A stretch of 64,000 bases of DNA from an uncultured Candidatus Saccharibacteria bacterium (GTDB lineage: Bacteria > Patescibacteriota > Minisyncoccia > Phycocordibacterales > UBA9973). The translations under genes were made by a program, and so were the position numbers. Of this stretch, positions 9,041 through 18,797 are shown piece by piece. The stretch's first letter is position 1; every line of letters starts with the position of its first letter. The DNA is taken from positions 5,901-69,900 of the forward strand of contig CAYRQJ010000005.1 in the NCBI GenBank assembly GCA_964426555.1, written 5' to 3'. Below the pieces are notes generated by a model. That model worked only from the letters and a program-made list of their open reading frames with translations. It did not search any database and had not been told where the DNA came from.

Positions 9041-9874
9041 TTATAGTGCAATTGTCAGTCCTTCTATTTGGGGCAATGGATTGTATTGGGTCAGTAGTGG
9101 GTCCAGTATTTCGTTTATTAAATTCTCATCTAATTTTTCTGCTCTGTCGTATGTATTATCCGGTAATGTTATAAATATATTTTTATGATCGTTTATTCGT
9201 GAAATTATTTCATTTGCACCAGTGTAATGGTTATCATATATGTGTGCATTAGATACAGAGTGAGTGTATATTCCAGGTTTTACATTTAATTTTTGAGCTA
9301 AAATACATTGTAATAAACAAAATCCAAATGTATCAAAAGGACACCCAAGCATCATGTCGTTTGATCTTATAATATTATGTAAATGTAATCGTCCACCAAT
9401 AATATTTACTGTAAAAGTATATGGGCAGGGTACATTTTTTTTAGGGATACCTCCGTGACCATCTTCTCGTGGGTCCCAAGTAACAATTACACCATGCCGA
9501 GAACTGGGTTCGTTTTGTAATAATTTTACAAGTTCACCTAATTGATCTCGTTCAAATGCATGACGCCAACGGTAACCATATGCTGCAGCCAGTGTACCAT
9601 CCTCTTCTAAAAAAGCGTCCCACATTTTAGTATATTTTCTTAAAAATGTTGTATCTTTAACACCGGATATAAACCAAAGCATTTCAGCTATTGCTGACTT
9701 AAATGGATTTTTTCGAAGTGTAAGAATAGGGAATCCATCATTTTCGATATCTATTTGAAATGTTAACCCTGGTAGAGCTTTTGTTTTTTTACCAGTTCTA
9801 ACATTTAATTCTTCGATACCATTTTCCATGATATTTTTTAGTAAGCCTTGGTATATAAGGTCAAAATTAGTCAT
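9041..9874 (-). CDS. Thymidylate-synthase (ThyA) family enzyme carrying Asp at the Asn177 specificity position; predicted deoxycytidylate C5-methyl/hydroxymethyl-transferase rather than canonical dUMP-dependent TS
   Basis: Aligns along its whole length with ThyA (FPILTLRK...LWFISG, AYGYRWR, catalytic Cys in VPCPY, RSNDMMLGCPFDTFGF vs E. coli RSCDVFLGLPFNIASY). The residue after the conserved PF is Asp, not Asn. A leaderless-type promoter (TATAAT, 6 nt, ATG) lies on the minus strand at 9881-9886. Confidence 0.8.
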   Translation of the reverse strand: MTNFDLIYQGLLKNIMENGIEELNVRTGKKTKALPGLTFQIDIENDGFPILTLRKNPFKSAIAEMLWFISGVKDTTFLRKYTKMWDAFLEEDGTLAAAYGYRWRHAFERDQLGELVKLLQNEPSSRHGVIVTWDPREDGHGGIPKKNVPCPYTFTVNIIGGRLHLHNIIRSNDMMLGCPFDTFGFCLLQCILAQKLNVKPGIYTHSVSNAHIYDNHYTGANEIISRINDHKNIFITLPDNTYDRAEKLDENLINEILDPLLTQYNPLPQIEGLTIAL

Positions 9875-9930
9875 ATTGTGATTATACCAAAGCTGTGTAT
9901 AATGAGCAAAATAATGATAATATAAATAAT

Positions 9931-10416
9931 ATGAGAAAAAGTGATTATCTTCCAGATGGTAGAATTATTAAATATGTGGCTAATGATAATGAATTTATAC
10001 TAGCTGCTAAAACATATGCCAAACAATATTCATTAGACAAGGTTATGCCAACAGGGGCCGTATTGGTTAAAAACGGTACTATAATTGGTATGGGAGCAAA
10101 TGGTAGTGATTACCACGAAAAAAATGGTTGTGAAAGGGTTCGCCAAAATATACCTAGTGGAGAAGGGTATGAATTATGTAATGGTTGTAACCCTAATAAT
10201 CATGCAGAACCAAAAGCTATTGAAAATGCAAAGCAAATTGGGAATGATCCCATAGATTCTGATTTGTATTTGTGGGGACATTTTTGGTGTTGTGAGCCAT
10301 GTTGGAATTCTATGATTAAGAATGGAATTAAAGATGTATTTTTAATGCAAGATAGTAAAATTCTTTTTGATAAAGATGAACCTCGTAATATTGTAGGTAA
10401 ACAATTCACTATTTAA
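9931..10416 (+). CDS. dCMP deaminase (ComEB/DCTD-type, with extra Zn-site insert)
   Basis: HAEPKAIENA (H-x-E) and CCEPC (PC-x-x-C) motifs plus the Cys-rich insert typical of dCMP deaminases. The ORF track starts at GTG 9895; the ATG at 9931 is preferred. Confidence 0.8.
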   Translation: MRKSDYLPDGRIIKYVANDNEFILAAKTYAKQYSLDKVMPTGAVLVKNGTIIGMGANGSDYHEKNGCERVRQNIPSGEGYELCNGCNPNNHAEPKAIENAKQIGNDPIDSDLYLWGHFWCCEPCWNSMIKNGIKDVFLMQDSKILFDKDEPRNIVGKQFTI

Positions 10417-10462
10417 GTTAAGATATAAATTTTTACTATAGGTCAAAAACCTATAGTATTTT

Positions 10463-10969
10463 TTATTTCTTATAAACTACAAAATCAAATTCAAATTCGT
10501 GGTCAGTATCTTTTTCATGGTGAATACGAGATGTTTCTTTAAAAATATTTTTATCAAATTCTGGAAAGAATGTGTCAGCATAAGGGAAAGCACCATTAAC
10601 TTCTGTAAGATAAATTGTATCTACAAAAGGAAGTCCCTGGCGATAAACTTCACCTCCGCCAATTATAAAAATTTCATTATTGTATTCACTATTGTTTCTT
10701 AAAAAATCCTCGGCTTTTTCTATAGCATCAGTGATATTTTTTGCAGTTATAACACTGTCTTGTTGCCAGTCGTCCTGACTAGTTATGACTATAGATTTAC
10801 GACGGGGTAGTGGGCGACCAATGGATTCGTATGTTTTTCTACCCATTATCATTACGGTATTGTTTGTTTTCTCTTTAAAATAAGCAAAGTCTTTTGGTAA
10901 ATGCCACAGTAATGACCCGGATTTTCCCAGTTCACGGTTTTGGCCAATAGCAGCAATTAATGAAATCAT
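10463..10969 (-). CDS. folA: Dihydrofolate reductase
   Basis: MISLIAAIGQNRELG...LPW-like N-terminus, MGRKTYESIG and FIIGGGEVY motifs. Confidence 0.85.
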   Translation of the reverse strand: MISLIAAIGQNRELGKSGSLLWHLPKDFAYFKEKTNNTVMIMGRKTYESIGRPLPRRKSIVITSQDDWQQDSVITAKNITDAIEKAEDFLRNNSEYNNEIFIIGGGEVYRQGLPFVDTIYLTEVNGAFPYADTFFPEFDKNIFKETSRIHHEKDTDHEFEFDFVVYKK

Positions 10970-11064
10970 AGGTCTATTTTACCCTTTATTCTAATAAATT
11001 CAAACTTCTTTTTATTTTGCCCGCAAATGCTATAATGGCTGTATTAATATAATCTTTGCTTTTT

Positions 11065-12285
11065 ATGATAGACAAACAAGTAGAAAAACTAATATTAGCT
11101 GAAGACAAACGCCAAAAGAGCGTAATGAACTTAATCGCATCAGAGAACTATGTAAGCAAAGACGTATTAGATGCATTGGGTAGTAATTTGCAAAACAAAT
11201 ATGCCGAAGGTTATCCTGGACGCAGATATTATGGGGGTAATGAAATTATCGACCAAGTAGAAAATCTTTGTATTGAACGAGCCTTAAAACTTTTTAAACT
11301 GGATAGTAAAAAATGGCATATGAATGTGCAAGCATTGTCTGGTTCACCAGCAAACTTTGCATTGTATTGCGCATTGGTTCCACCAGAATTTGGTAAAGAC
11401 GGAAAACCAACAAAAAAAATAATGGGTATGAAGCTAACCAGTGGTGGACATCTTACACATGGGCACCCATTATCTATGACTGGTAAATTGTGGAAGCCAG
11501 TTCAATATTCATTGGATACAAAAACTGAAGTAATAAATTATAAAGAATTGGAAAAGTTGGCAATGGCAGAAAAGCCCGACATTATCGTAGCTGGGTTTAC
11601 TGCATATCCGCGCGTTGTGGACTTTAAAAAGTTTCGTCAAATTGCTAACAAATGTGGAGCGTTGCTACATGTTGATATGTCACACTTTGCAGGGTTAGTT
11701 GCTGGGGAACAATACCCATCGCCATTTCCATATGCTGACAGTGTAATGACTACTACTCACAAATCTTTGCGTGGTCCACGTCATGCATTAATGTTTGTAA
11801 AACGTGACAAGAGAGAGTTAGATAAAAAGCTGGATAAGACTGTAATCCCAGGGCTATACGGTGGCCCGCATGAAAATACTATTGCAGCAGTAGCAGTGAC
11901 AATGAAAGAAGCCAACACACCAGCCTTTAAAAGTTACGCAAAGCAAGTTATAAAAAATGCGCAAGCGCTAGCTAATGAACTACAAAAATTAGGCTGGCAT
12001 ATTATTTCTGGTGGGACTGATTCACATTTGATATTAATGGATACTTGGATGGAAGGAAAAGTAAATCCGCTGGGAGCCGGATCTGTACCAGGTTCAGTTG
12101 CTAGTAAAAAATTGGAACTTGCAGGAATAATAGTAAACATGAATACTATTCCTGGCGAAACTCGCAGTGCAATGGACCCGTCTGGAATTCGTTTAGGTAC
12201 ATGCGCGGAAACTACTCGTGGTAAAAAGGAAAAAGATATGGTAGCTATTGCCAAAAAGATAGACAAAGTTTTAAGAAGCAAATAA
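11065..12285 (+). CDS. glyA: Serine hydroxymethyltransferase
   Basis: PLP-lysine region TTTHKSLRGPR and SGSPANFA motif. The ORF-track TTG start at 11056 is replaced by the in-frame ATG. Confidence 0.9.
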   Translation: MIDKQVEKLILAEDKRQKSVMNLIASENYVSKDVLDALGSNLQNKYAEGYPGRRYYGGNEIIDQVENLCIERALKLFKLDSKKWHMNVQALSGSPANFALYCALVPPEFGKDGKPTKKIMGMKLTSGGHLTHGHPLSMTGKLWKPVQYSLDTKTEVINYKELEKLAMAEKPDIIVAGFTAYPRVVDFKKFRQIANKCGALLHVDMSHFAGLVAGEQYPSPFPYADSVMTTTHKSLRGPRHALMFVKRDKRELDKKLDKTVIPGLYGGPHENTIAAVAVTMKEANTPAFKSYAKQVIKNAQALANELQKLGWHIISGGTDSHLILMDTWMEGKVNPLGAGSVPGSVASKKLELAGIIVNMNTIPGETRSAMDPSGIRLGTCAETTRGKKEKDMVAIAKKIDKVLRSK

Positions 12286-12288
12286 TTC

Positions 12289-12552
12289 ATGGAAGTCAAA
12301 GATAAAAATATTTGGTTTAAGAGAAAATCTTATGGATGGGGCTGGACACCAGTTTCTTGGCAGGGATGGGTGGTGTTATTTATATATGTATTATTAATGA
12401 TTAGTTTTTCGTATATTAATCACACCGAGCTTCCAGACGGTAATTTGTTTGTTGGTTTTGTTTTTCCTTTTGTAATTTTTACATCAATTTTAATATTGAT
12501 TTGTTATAAAAAAGGGGAATCTCCAATATGGCAATGGGGCAAAGATAAATAA
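12289..12552 (+). CDS. Hypothetical small membrane protein
   Basis: Trp-rich N-terminus and two TM helices. Confidence 0.35.
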   Translation: MEVKDKNIWFKRKSYGWGWTPVSWQGWVVLFIYVLLMISFSYINHTELPDGNLFVGFVFPFVIFTSILILICYKKGESPIWQWGKDK

Positions 12553-12618
12553 ACATGCTTCTTGCTAAAATTTGTGCTATAATATACTCATATTCGTATT
12601 AATAATTATATATAAATC

Positions 12619-13050
12619 ATGTTAGGAATCTTTCTTTTGCCTTTAGTAGGCGCAGTTATAGTTACAGTTATCGGAACATTATGGTACGGTCCAATTTTTG
12701 GCAAAGCGTACATGCGTGCAATGGGAGTAAATCCTGAAATGGCACCAGCTAACAAAAAAGGCATGATCGGCAAAGTTGTTTTAGACTTTATAATGACTTT
12801 TATTCTTTTATTCGGTTTTCTTAATGTAATGAATTTTGCTTATGCAGGTACATACAGTGCAGCATTTATTTTTGCATTATTGTTCTGGTTCTTTATTGTT
12901 ATGCCTATGAAAGCAAGTGGCGCTATTTGGAGCGGACGCGACAATAAATCTTCATGGACATTGTTTGGTCTAGGAGCAGGGTATTCTTTAATCTCATTTG
13001 CTATTGCTGGTCCACTATTTATTTGGCTTATTGGATTTTTTGTAAAATAA
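12619..13050 (+). CDS. Hypothetical membrane protein (4 TM)
   Basis: Hydrophobic 143-aa ORF. No domain recognised. Confidence 0.4.
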   Translation: MLGIFLLPLVGAVIVTVIGTLWYGPIFGKAYMRAMGVNPEMAPANKKGMIGKVVLDFIMTFILLFGFLNVMNFAYAGTYSAAFIFALLFWFFIVMPMKASGAIWSGRDNKSSWTLFGLGAGYSLISFAIAGPLFIWLIGFFVK

Positions 13051-13053
13051 AAA

Positions 13054-13431
13054 ATGAAAAGAAATATCTCAGAATTTAAAAGTTTTGCTTTAAAGGGTAA
13101 TGTAATGGATTTAGCCATTGCAGTTATAATAGGAGCTGCCTTTGGTAAAATAATCGAATCAGTAGTAGCTGATATTGTAATGCCGATACTGGGTATATTT
13201 ATCGGAGGAGTAGATTTTACAAAACTTGCTTTTGGTATTGGGGACGCACAAATTACTTATGGTAATTTCTTGCAAGCAATATTTAATTTAGTAATTGTTG
13301 CATTAGCTTTGTTTGTACTAATAAAAGCAATAAACAAACTAAAAAAAGAAAAGAAGGTAGAAGAAGGTGTACCCCCAGTAGCGCAAGATATTGTTTTGCT
13401 TACTGAAATTCGCGACTTACTTAAAAAATAG
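13054..13431 (+). CDS. mscL: Large-conductance mechanosensitive channel
   Basis: FKSFALKGNVMDLAIAVIIGAAFGKII is the MscL signature. Confidence 0.85.
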   Translation: MKRNISEFKSFALKGNVMDLAIAVIIGAAFGKIIESVVADIVMPILGIFIGGVDFTKLAFGIGDAQITYGNFLQAIFNLVIVALALFVLIKAINKLKKEKKVEEGVPPVAQDIVLLTEIRDLLKK

Positions 13432-13444
13432 AACTATAAAAAAC

Positions 13445-13473
13445 TGCCAAGCTTAATGCTTGGTGGTTTTTTA
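13445..13473 (+). terminator. Intrinsic terminator (CCAAGC-TTAAT-GCTTGG + T-run)
   Basis: Stem at 13447-13463 followed by T7. Confidence 0.7.
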
Positions 13474-13490
13474 TTTGGTATAATATATCT

Positions 13491-14801
13491 ATGAAAAAAA
13501 TCTTTATTCCAACAGAGACCCGCACTGGATTATTAGTTATTATTGGTTTGTTTATTGCACTATTGGCATTTATGCCTTGGATCTACGGTACACTAACTCC
13601 AATGTTTGCATTACTTGACCAACATGTTGTTTTTAATTCGGCTCTATTTTTTGCTTTGATTGGTTTAACTATTTACTTTATACATAAAGCTAATAATTTA
13701 TTAAATATACCGTATGCTGTTAGTTCAATTATATTTGGAATGTCTGGTTATCTTATTTGGAATCAGTTGTTCCCAATACCGGTAAATTTATTTTTAATAC
13801 TGGGAACTTTTGCTGTAGCTATAATTTTATTTAGACAAGGATTAGAAATAGAAACAAACATTCACCAAAAAAGCTTTTGGAAAGATGTTTTAATTGGGGT
13901 AGTGTCTGCAATTGTTTTATTTTTAGCTACACAATTTATTTTAAAACTAGCATTTCCTTTTATTAGTGAATTTTTGAAATATAGCATTCCTACTTTGTTT
14001 TTAATTTTTGGAGCTAGTTATTTGGGTGGGAATAAATCTACAAATTTAATTAAATTTGTGTATGATCTTACTTTGGTGATTATACTTTATAATTTTCTTT
14101 ATTTTAGTACCCGTCTAATGCCAGGATCTTTTACTAATCTTAGTAGTATTAGTAGTTTATACAGTGTCTCATTTGTCAGCACTGTTTTTGGAATATTCGT
14201 TGGTTTAATTGGTTCATATGTTATTCATCGCCATCATTTTTTATGGAAAGATAAAACAGAATCTCAAAATCAAAATTTGTATGCCGCTACAATTGTTATT
14301 GGGTTGGTGGCATTATCTTTAATTATTGGAGCAAATCCATTTATTGCTGCTGCTATTTCAGGAATGTTTATTAGTTTAAAAGATAAAATTGATAACCCAG
14401 AAGAAAAAATATTAAACAAAACTGAAAAGAATTTAGCAATAATTGCTTATTTTTTAATTGGTACAAGTTTATCTTTTGAAGCGTTTACTCAGTTTGGAAT
14501 AAACGGATTAATTTTGGGGGTATTTACAACTATAATTGCTCCAATAATTTTATTTATTTTTTGGATTATTTTGTCAAAATTTAATTTACTTTCTACTAAA
14601 TCACCACAAATTATATTCAGTGATATTTTCAAAAGAAAAGGCTCAACTGTATTAATGGGTTCACTTTGCTTGTTTGCTATTAGTTTTAGTCGGGGAGAAG
14701 ATTTTGTTATTTCAGCGCTTTGTTTTGTTGCTGTATTGATAATTAATTATTTATATCCTTGGGCTACTAGTTTATTAAATAGGGATATTTTGAATAAATA
14801 A
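13491..14801 (+). CDS. Hypothetical polytopic membrane protein (10 or more TM)
   Basis: 436-aa hydrophobic ORF. Preceded by TGgTATAAT at 13476-13484 plus a 6-nt spacer. Confidence 0.5.
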   Translation: MKKIFIPTETRTGLLVIIGLFIALLAFMPWIYGTLTPMFALLDQHVVFNSALFFALIGLTIYFIHKANNLLNIPYAVSSIIFGMSGYLIWNQLFPIPVNLFLILGTFAVAIILFRQGLEIETNIHQKSFWKDVLIGVVSAIVLFLATQFILKLAFPFISEFLKYSIPTLFLIFGASYLGGNKSTNLIKFVYDLTLVIILYNFLYFSTRLMPGSFTNLSSISSLYSVSFVSTVFGIFVGLIGSYVIHRHHFLWKDKTESQNQNLYAATIVIGLVALSLIIGANPFIAAAISGMFISLKDKIDNPEEKILNKTEKNLAIIAYFLIGTSLSFEAFTQFGINGLILGVFTTIIAPIILFIFWIILSKFNLLSTKSPQIIFSDIFKRKGSTVLMGSLCLFAISFSRGEDFVISALCFVAVLIINYLYPWATSLLNRDILNK

Positions 14802-14824
14802 GATTATTTAGTATAATTTGCTTT

Positions 14825-15376
14825 ATGAATAAAAAGAATGATTACAAAGTATGGCTAGGTATTTTAATACTGGCTTTAATTATTATAATATCAGTTTACG
14901 GTTATAAAAAATTTGGTAACAATGTTGCAGTACCACAAGTCGGAGATGGTATTATAACTGAAGAAAAAGTAGATGTGCTACCAACAGGTAGTGAATTACT
15001 AGACAAAAAAGACAAACAAAGTATGAATCCTGTTCAAATTATTAAAAAAGACAATGGGTTAGTAATAGAAATAATCAGCGAGGGAACTGGTGAAGGTGTA
15101 CGCAGTATGCAAACTGTCTCTGTGGATTATCGTGGGATGCTAACTGATGGTAAAGTTTTTGATGAATCTTATAAACGTGGGCAGCAATTTTCTTTTACTG
15201 TTGGCGGAGGTCAAGTTATCAAAGGTTGGGATGAAGGACTACTAGGTATGAAAGTAGGCGAAAAACGTCGTCTTACAATACCAGGTGATTTAGCTTATGG
15301 TCCCAATGGTATTCCAGGAGTTATCCCAGCAAATGCTACACTTATTTTTGATATTGAATTACATTCAATAAAATAG
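14825..15376 (+). CDS. FKBP-type peptidyl-prolyl cis-trans isomerase (membrane-anchored)
   Basis: [16 protein letters not shown]...[20 protein letters not shown]...ATLIFDIEL. Confidence 0.85.
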   Translation: MNKKNDYKVWLGILILALIIIISVYGYKKFGNNVAVPQVGDGIITEEKVDVLPTGSELLDKKDKQSMNPVQIIKKDNGLVIEIISEGTGEGVRSMQTVSVDYRGMLTDGKVFDESYKRGQQFSFTVGGGQVIKGWDEGLLGMKVGEKRRLTIPGDLAYGPNGIPGVIPANATLIFDIELHSIK

Positions 15377-15612
15377 TGTCATTACGCTAAATAATCTTTT
15401 TAGAAAGTCCTCGGGTTGGCTCACCAGACATTTCAAAAAAGACAATTTAGCTGCATTTGTTTTCTTATTAAAATAGAGCGCCCCGCTATGCGGGGCGCTC
15501 TTGCAATATCTAAATCTTTATGTTATTTTAACTGGGTATATCCCGCAGGCGGGATTTTAATAGTAGTGTACGGTTATTCGAATATCTGGCGGGTAAAAGT
15601 ACTAATAGATAA

Positions 15613-16038
15613 ATGCCAACAGTAAATCAACTAGTTCGAAAAGGAAGAGTTAAGGTGGTTAAAAAATCAAAAGCCGTGGCTTTAGCGCGCGGATTTAATC
15701 AACTTAAAAATCGTCCAGTATTATACTCCTCACCATTCAAAAGAGGTGTATGTACAAAAGTTACTACTACAACTCCTAAAAAGCCTAACTCAGCTGTTCG
15801 TAAGATTGCTCGTGTGCGTCTTACTAATGGTATGGAAGTTACAGCTTATATCCCAGGTATGGGTCACAATCTACAGGAACACTCTGTGGTTATGATTCGC
15901 GGTGGTCGTGTAAAAGACCTTATCGGAGTACGTTACCACATAGTTCGTGGTCGTCTTGACGCTTCAGGCGTAGATAAGCGTCGTAAAGAACGCAGTAAGT
16001 ACGGTGCAAAACGCCCAAAAGCTGACGCTAAGAAATAA
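15613..16038 (+). CDS. rpsL: 30S ribosomal protein S12
   Basis: [12 protein letters not shown]...PKKPNSA. Confidence 0.95.
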   Translation: MPTVNQLVRKGRVKVVKKSKAVALARGFNQLKNRPVLYSSPFKRGVCTKVTTTTPKKPNSAVRKIARVRLTNGMEVTAYIPGMGHNLQEHSVVMIRGGRVKDLIGVRYHIVRGRLDASGVDKRRKERSKYGAKRPKADAKK

Positions 16039-16055
16039 AATACACGATTGATAAT

Positions 16056-16526
16056 ATGCGAAGAAAAGTAACAAATAGAAATATAGTTAGTGCCGACATG
16101 CATTATAACTCTGAAAAACTTTCAAAGTTTATCAATGTTATTATGTGGAACGGACAAAAAAATACAGCACAAAAAATTGTGTATGGGGCATTTGAAATAA
16201 TCAAAGAAAAAACTGGTAACCCAAATCCTCTTGAAGTTTTTGATTTAGCAATTAAAAATTCTAGTCCGCTTATTGAAGTAAGATCTCGCCGTATTGGGGG
16301 AGCTAACTACCAAGTTCCAAGAGAAGTAAGAAAAGAAAGACAACAAGCATTAGCTATTCGTTGGATTATTACTGCAGCAAGATCTGTAAAAGGTAAACCA
16401 ATGGCAGAAAAATTAGCTGATGAATTAATCTTAGCATCTAAAAATGAAGGTACTGCTGTTAAAAAACGCACAGATACTCATAAAATGGCTGAATCTAACA
16501 AAGCCTTTGCTCACTTTGCTTGGTAA
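16056..16526 (+). CDS. rpsG: 30S ribosomal protein S7
   Basis: S7 signature; str-operon order. Confidence 0.95.
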   Translation: MRRKVTNRNIVSADMHYNSEKLSKFINVIMWNGQKNTAQKIVYGAFEIIKEKTGNPNPLEVFDLAIKNSSPLIEVRSRRIGGANYQVPREVRKERQQALAIRWIITAARSVKGKPMAEKLADELILASKNEGTAVKKRTDTHKMAESNKAFAHFAW

Positions 16527-16561
16527 TTTAATTATAAATAAAATTTTAAAATCATATCTAT

Positions 16562-18715
16562 ATGGAAAGAGATTATCCACTGGAGAAAGTTCGTAATTTC
16601 GGTATTATTGCTCACATTGATGCTGGTAAAACTACTACATCTGAACGTGTTCTTTATTATACCGGAGTTTCTCATAAAATCGGGGAAGTTCACAATGGTG
16701 AGACCACGACTGACTGGATGGAACAAGAAAAAGAACGTGGTATCACTATTACATCTGCGGCTGTTACATGTTTTTGGACACCAACATACGCACTAAAAGA
16801 TGGTAAAGCTGACAATACTAAAAAAACTCGTTTTAACATTATTGATACACCAGGGCACATTGACTTTACTGTAGAAGTAAAGCGGTCTCTTCGTGTACTA
16901 GATGGTGCTGTAGTTGTGTTTGATGGTGTTGCTGGTGTTGAACCTCAATCTGAAACAAACTGGCGCTATGCTGACGAAGCAAATGTTCCAAGAATTTGTT
17001 TTATTAACAAACTTGACCGTACAGGAGCTAGTTTTGAAAAATCTTTTGCATCTATTCTTGATCGTCTTTCAAAAAAAGCAGTTCGTGCACAATTACCAAT
17101 TGGTCTTGAAGAAAACCATGAGGGAGTAGTTGATTTGCTTACTAAGACAGCTTATAAATTTGAAGGTGAAATGGGAATAAAAGTAGTAACTACTGAAATC
17201 CCAGCTGATATGATTTCTGATGTTGAAAAATACCGTGCAGAACTTATTGAAAAAATCGCACTGAATGACGAAGCAATGATGAATGAATATCTTGAAGGTA
17301 AAGAAATTCCAGTTGCTAAATTGAAAGAAGTTTTACGTAAGGCTGTTATTGCTAACGAAATTTTCCCGGTATTTGCAGGTAGTGCTTTGAAAAACAAAGG
17401 TGTTCAATTAGTACTAGATGCTGTTGTAGATTATCTTCCATCACCGTTAGATATTCCACCTATTCCAGGAGTAAACCCATCTGACGATTCACCAATGGTT
17501 CGTCATGCTGACGATAAAGAACCTTTTGCTGCACTTGCTTTTAAATTAGCTAGTGACCCATATGTTGGACAATTAGTATTCTTCCGTGTTTATTCAGGAA
17601 CTTTAGAAGCAGGTAGTTATGTATACAACCCTCGTACAAGAAACAAAGAAAGAATTGGAAGAATCTTGCGTATGCATGCTAATGATCGTGAAGAAGTTAA
17701 AAAAGTTTTCGCTGGGGAAATTGCAGCTGCTGTTGGTCTAAAAGACACAATTACATCTGACACAATTTGTAGCGAAACTAGTCCTATTGAACTGGACCGT
17801 ATTGTATTTCCAGAACCAGTTGTGTCACTGCGTATTGAACCAAAAACAAAAGCTGACCAAGAAAAAATGGGTATGGCATTGTCTCGTCTTGCTCAAGAAG
17901 ATCCAACATTTAAAGTTTCAACAGACCAAGAAACAAACGAAACAATTATTGCTGGTATGGGAGAACTACATTTGGAAATTATTGTTGACCGTATGAAGCG
18001 TGAATTCACCGTAGAAGCTAATGTTGGTAAACCAATGGTGGCATACAGAGAAACTATTACATCACCTGCAGAAGCTGAAGGTAAATACATTAAACAATCT
18101 GGTGGACGTGGTAACTATGGTCACACACGTATCCGTATTAAACCAATGGACATGTCTGTAGATGTAAATGATTTACCAAAGAACACAAAGCGTGATGATC
18201 ATTTTGAATTCGTAAACACAATCAAAGGGGGGGCTATTCCTACAGAATATATTCCAGCTTGTGAAAAAGGTTTCCGCGAAGGTCTTGATCGCGGAGTTGT
18301 TGCTGGATTTAAGATGGTAAATGTATCTGTAGAATTATACGATGGATCTTACCACGATGTTGACTCTAACGAAATGGCTTTCAAAATTGCAGCAAGTATG
18401 GCTATGCAAGACGCATGTCGTCTAGCACGTCCAGTGATTCTAGAACCAATGATGAAAGTAGAAGTAGTAACTCCTGAAAAATTCATGGGAGACGTTACTG
18501 GAAACTTGTCTTCAAAACGTGGTCTTGTAGAAGGAATGGAAGACCGTGGTATGAACAAAGTTATTCGTGCTACTGTGCCATTGTCTGAAATGTTTGGTTA
18601 TATTAACTCATTAAGAAGTATGACCGAAGGCCGCGCATCATTTACTATGGAATTCTCTCGTTATGACATTGTTCCACCAAATGTGGAAAAAGATATCGTA
18701 GCTGCAAGAAAATAA
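16562..18715 (+). CDS. fusA: Elongation factor G
   Basis: [17 protein letters not shown] and NKLDR G-motifs, with domains II-V. Confidence 0.95.
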   Translation: MERDYPLEKVRNFGIIAHIDAGKTTTSERVLYYTGVSHKIGEVHNGETTTDWMEQEKERGITITSAAVTCFWTPTYALKDGKADNTKKTRFNIIDTPGHIDFTVEVKRSLRVLDGAVVVFDGVAGVEPQSETNWRYADEANVPRICFINKLDRTGASFEKSFASILDRLSKKAVRAQLPIGLEENHEGVVDLLTKTAYKFEGEMGIKVVTTEIPADMISDVEKYRAELIEKIALNDEAMMNEYLEGKEIPVAKLKEVLRKAVIANEIFPVFAGSALKNKGVQLVLDAVVDYLPSPLDIPPIPGVNPSDDSPMVRHADDKEPFAALAFKLASDPYVGQLVFFRVYSGTLEAGSYVYNPRTRNKERIGRILRMHANDREEVKKVFAGEIAAAVGLKDTITSDTICSETSPIELDRIVFPEPVVSLRIEPKTKADQEKMGMALSRLAQEDPTFKVSTDQETNETIIAGMGELHLEIIVDRMKREFTVEANVGKPMVAYRETITSPAEAEGKYIKQSGGRGNYGHTRIRIKPMDMSVDVNDLPKNTKRDDHFEFVNTIKGGAIPTEYIPACEKGFREGLDRGVVAGFKMVNVSVELYDGSYHDVDSNEMAFKIAASMAMQDACRLARPVILEPMMKVEVVTPEKFMGDVTGNLSSKRGLVEGMEDRGMNKVIRATVPLSEMFGYINSLRSMTEGRASFTMEFSRYDIVPPNVEKDIVAARK

Positions 18716-18729
18716 TATTAAATTTATTC

Positions 18730-18758
18730 AAAAAATCCCTAGAAATAGGGATTTTTTG
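18730..18758 (+). terminator. Intrinsic terminator (ATCCCTA-GAA-ATAGGGAT + T-run)
   Basis: Stem at 18735-18752 followed by T5. Confidence 0.75.
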
Positions 18759-18797
18759 AATTTCGTAAAATTGGCTAATTTATGTTATATTTTAAGC

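Noticed and set aside
9895-9930. GTG start of dCMP deaminase, giving an Asn-rich N-terminal extension
   Set aside because: The extension is low-complexity (MYNEQNNDNINN) and overlaps the -10 box at 9898-9903. The in-frame ATG at 9931 is more plausible.
15416-15625. 69-aa ORF upstream of rpsL
   Set aside because: It runs through two strong GC hairpins and overlaps the rpsL start codon; its translation is Cys/Trp-rich with no features. Treated as a non-coding leader or terminator region.
16608-18558. Short internal and antisense ORFs within fusA (16608-16796, 16914-17129, 17152-17397, 17787-17996, 17893-18090, 18349-18558)
   Set aside because: They are embedded in a highly conserved EF-G reading frame and show no independent signals.
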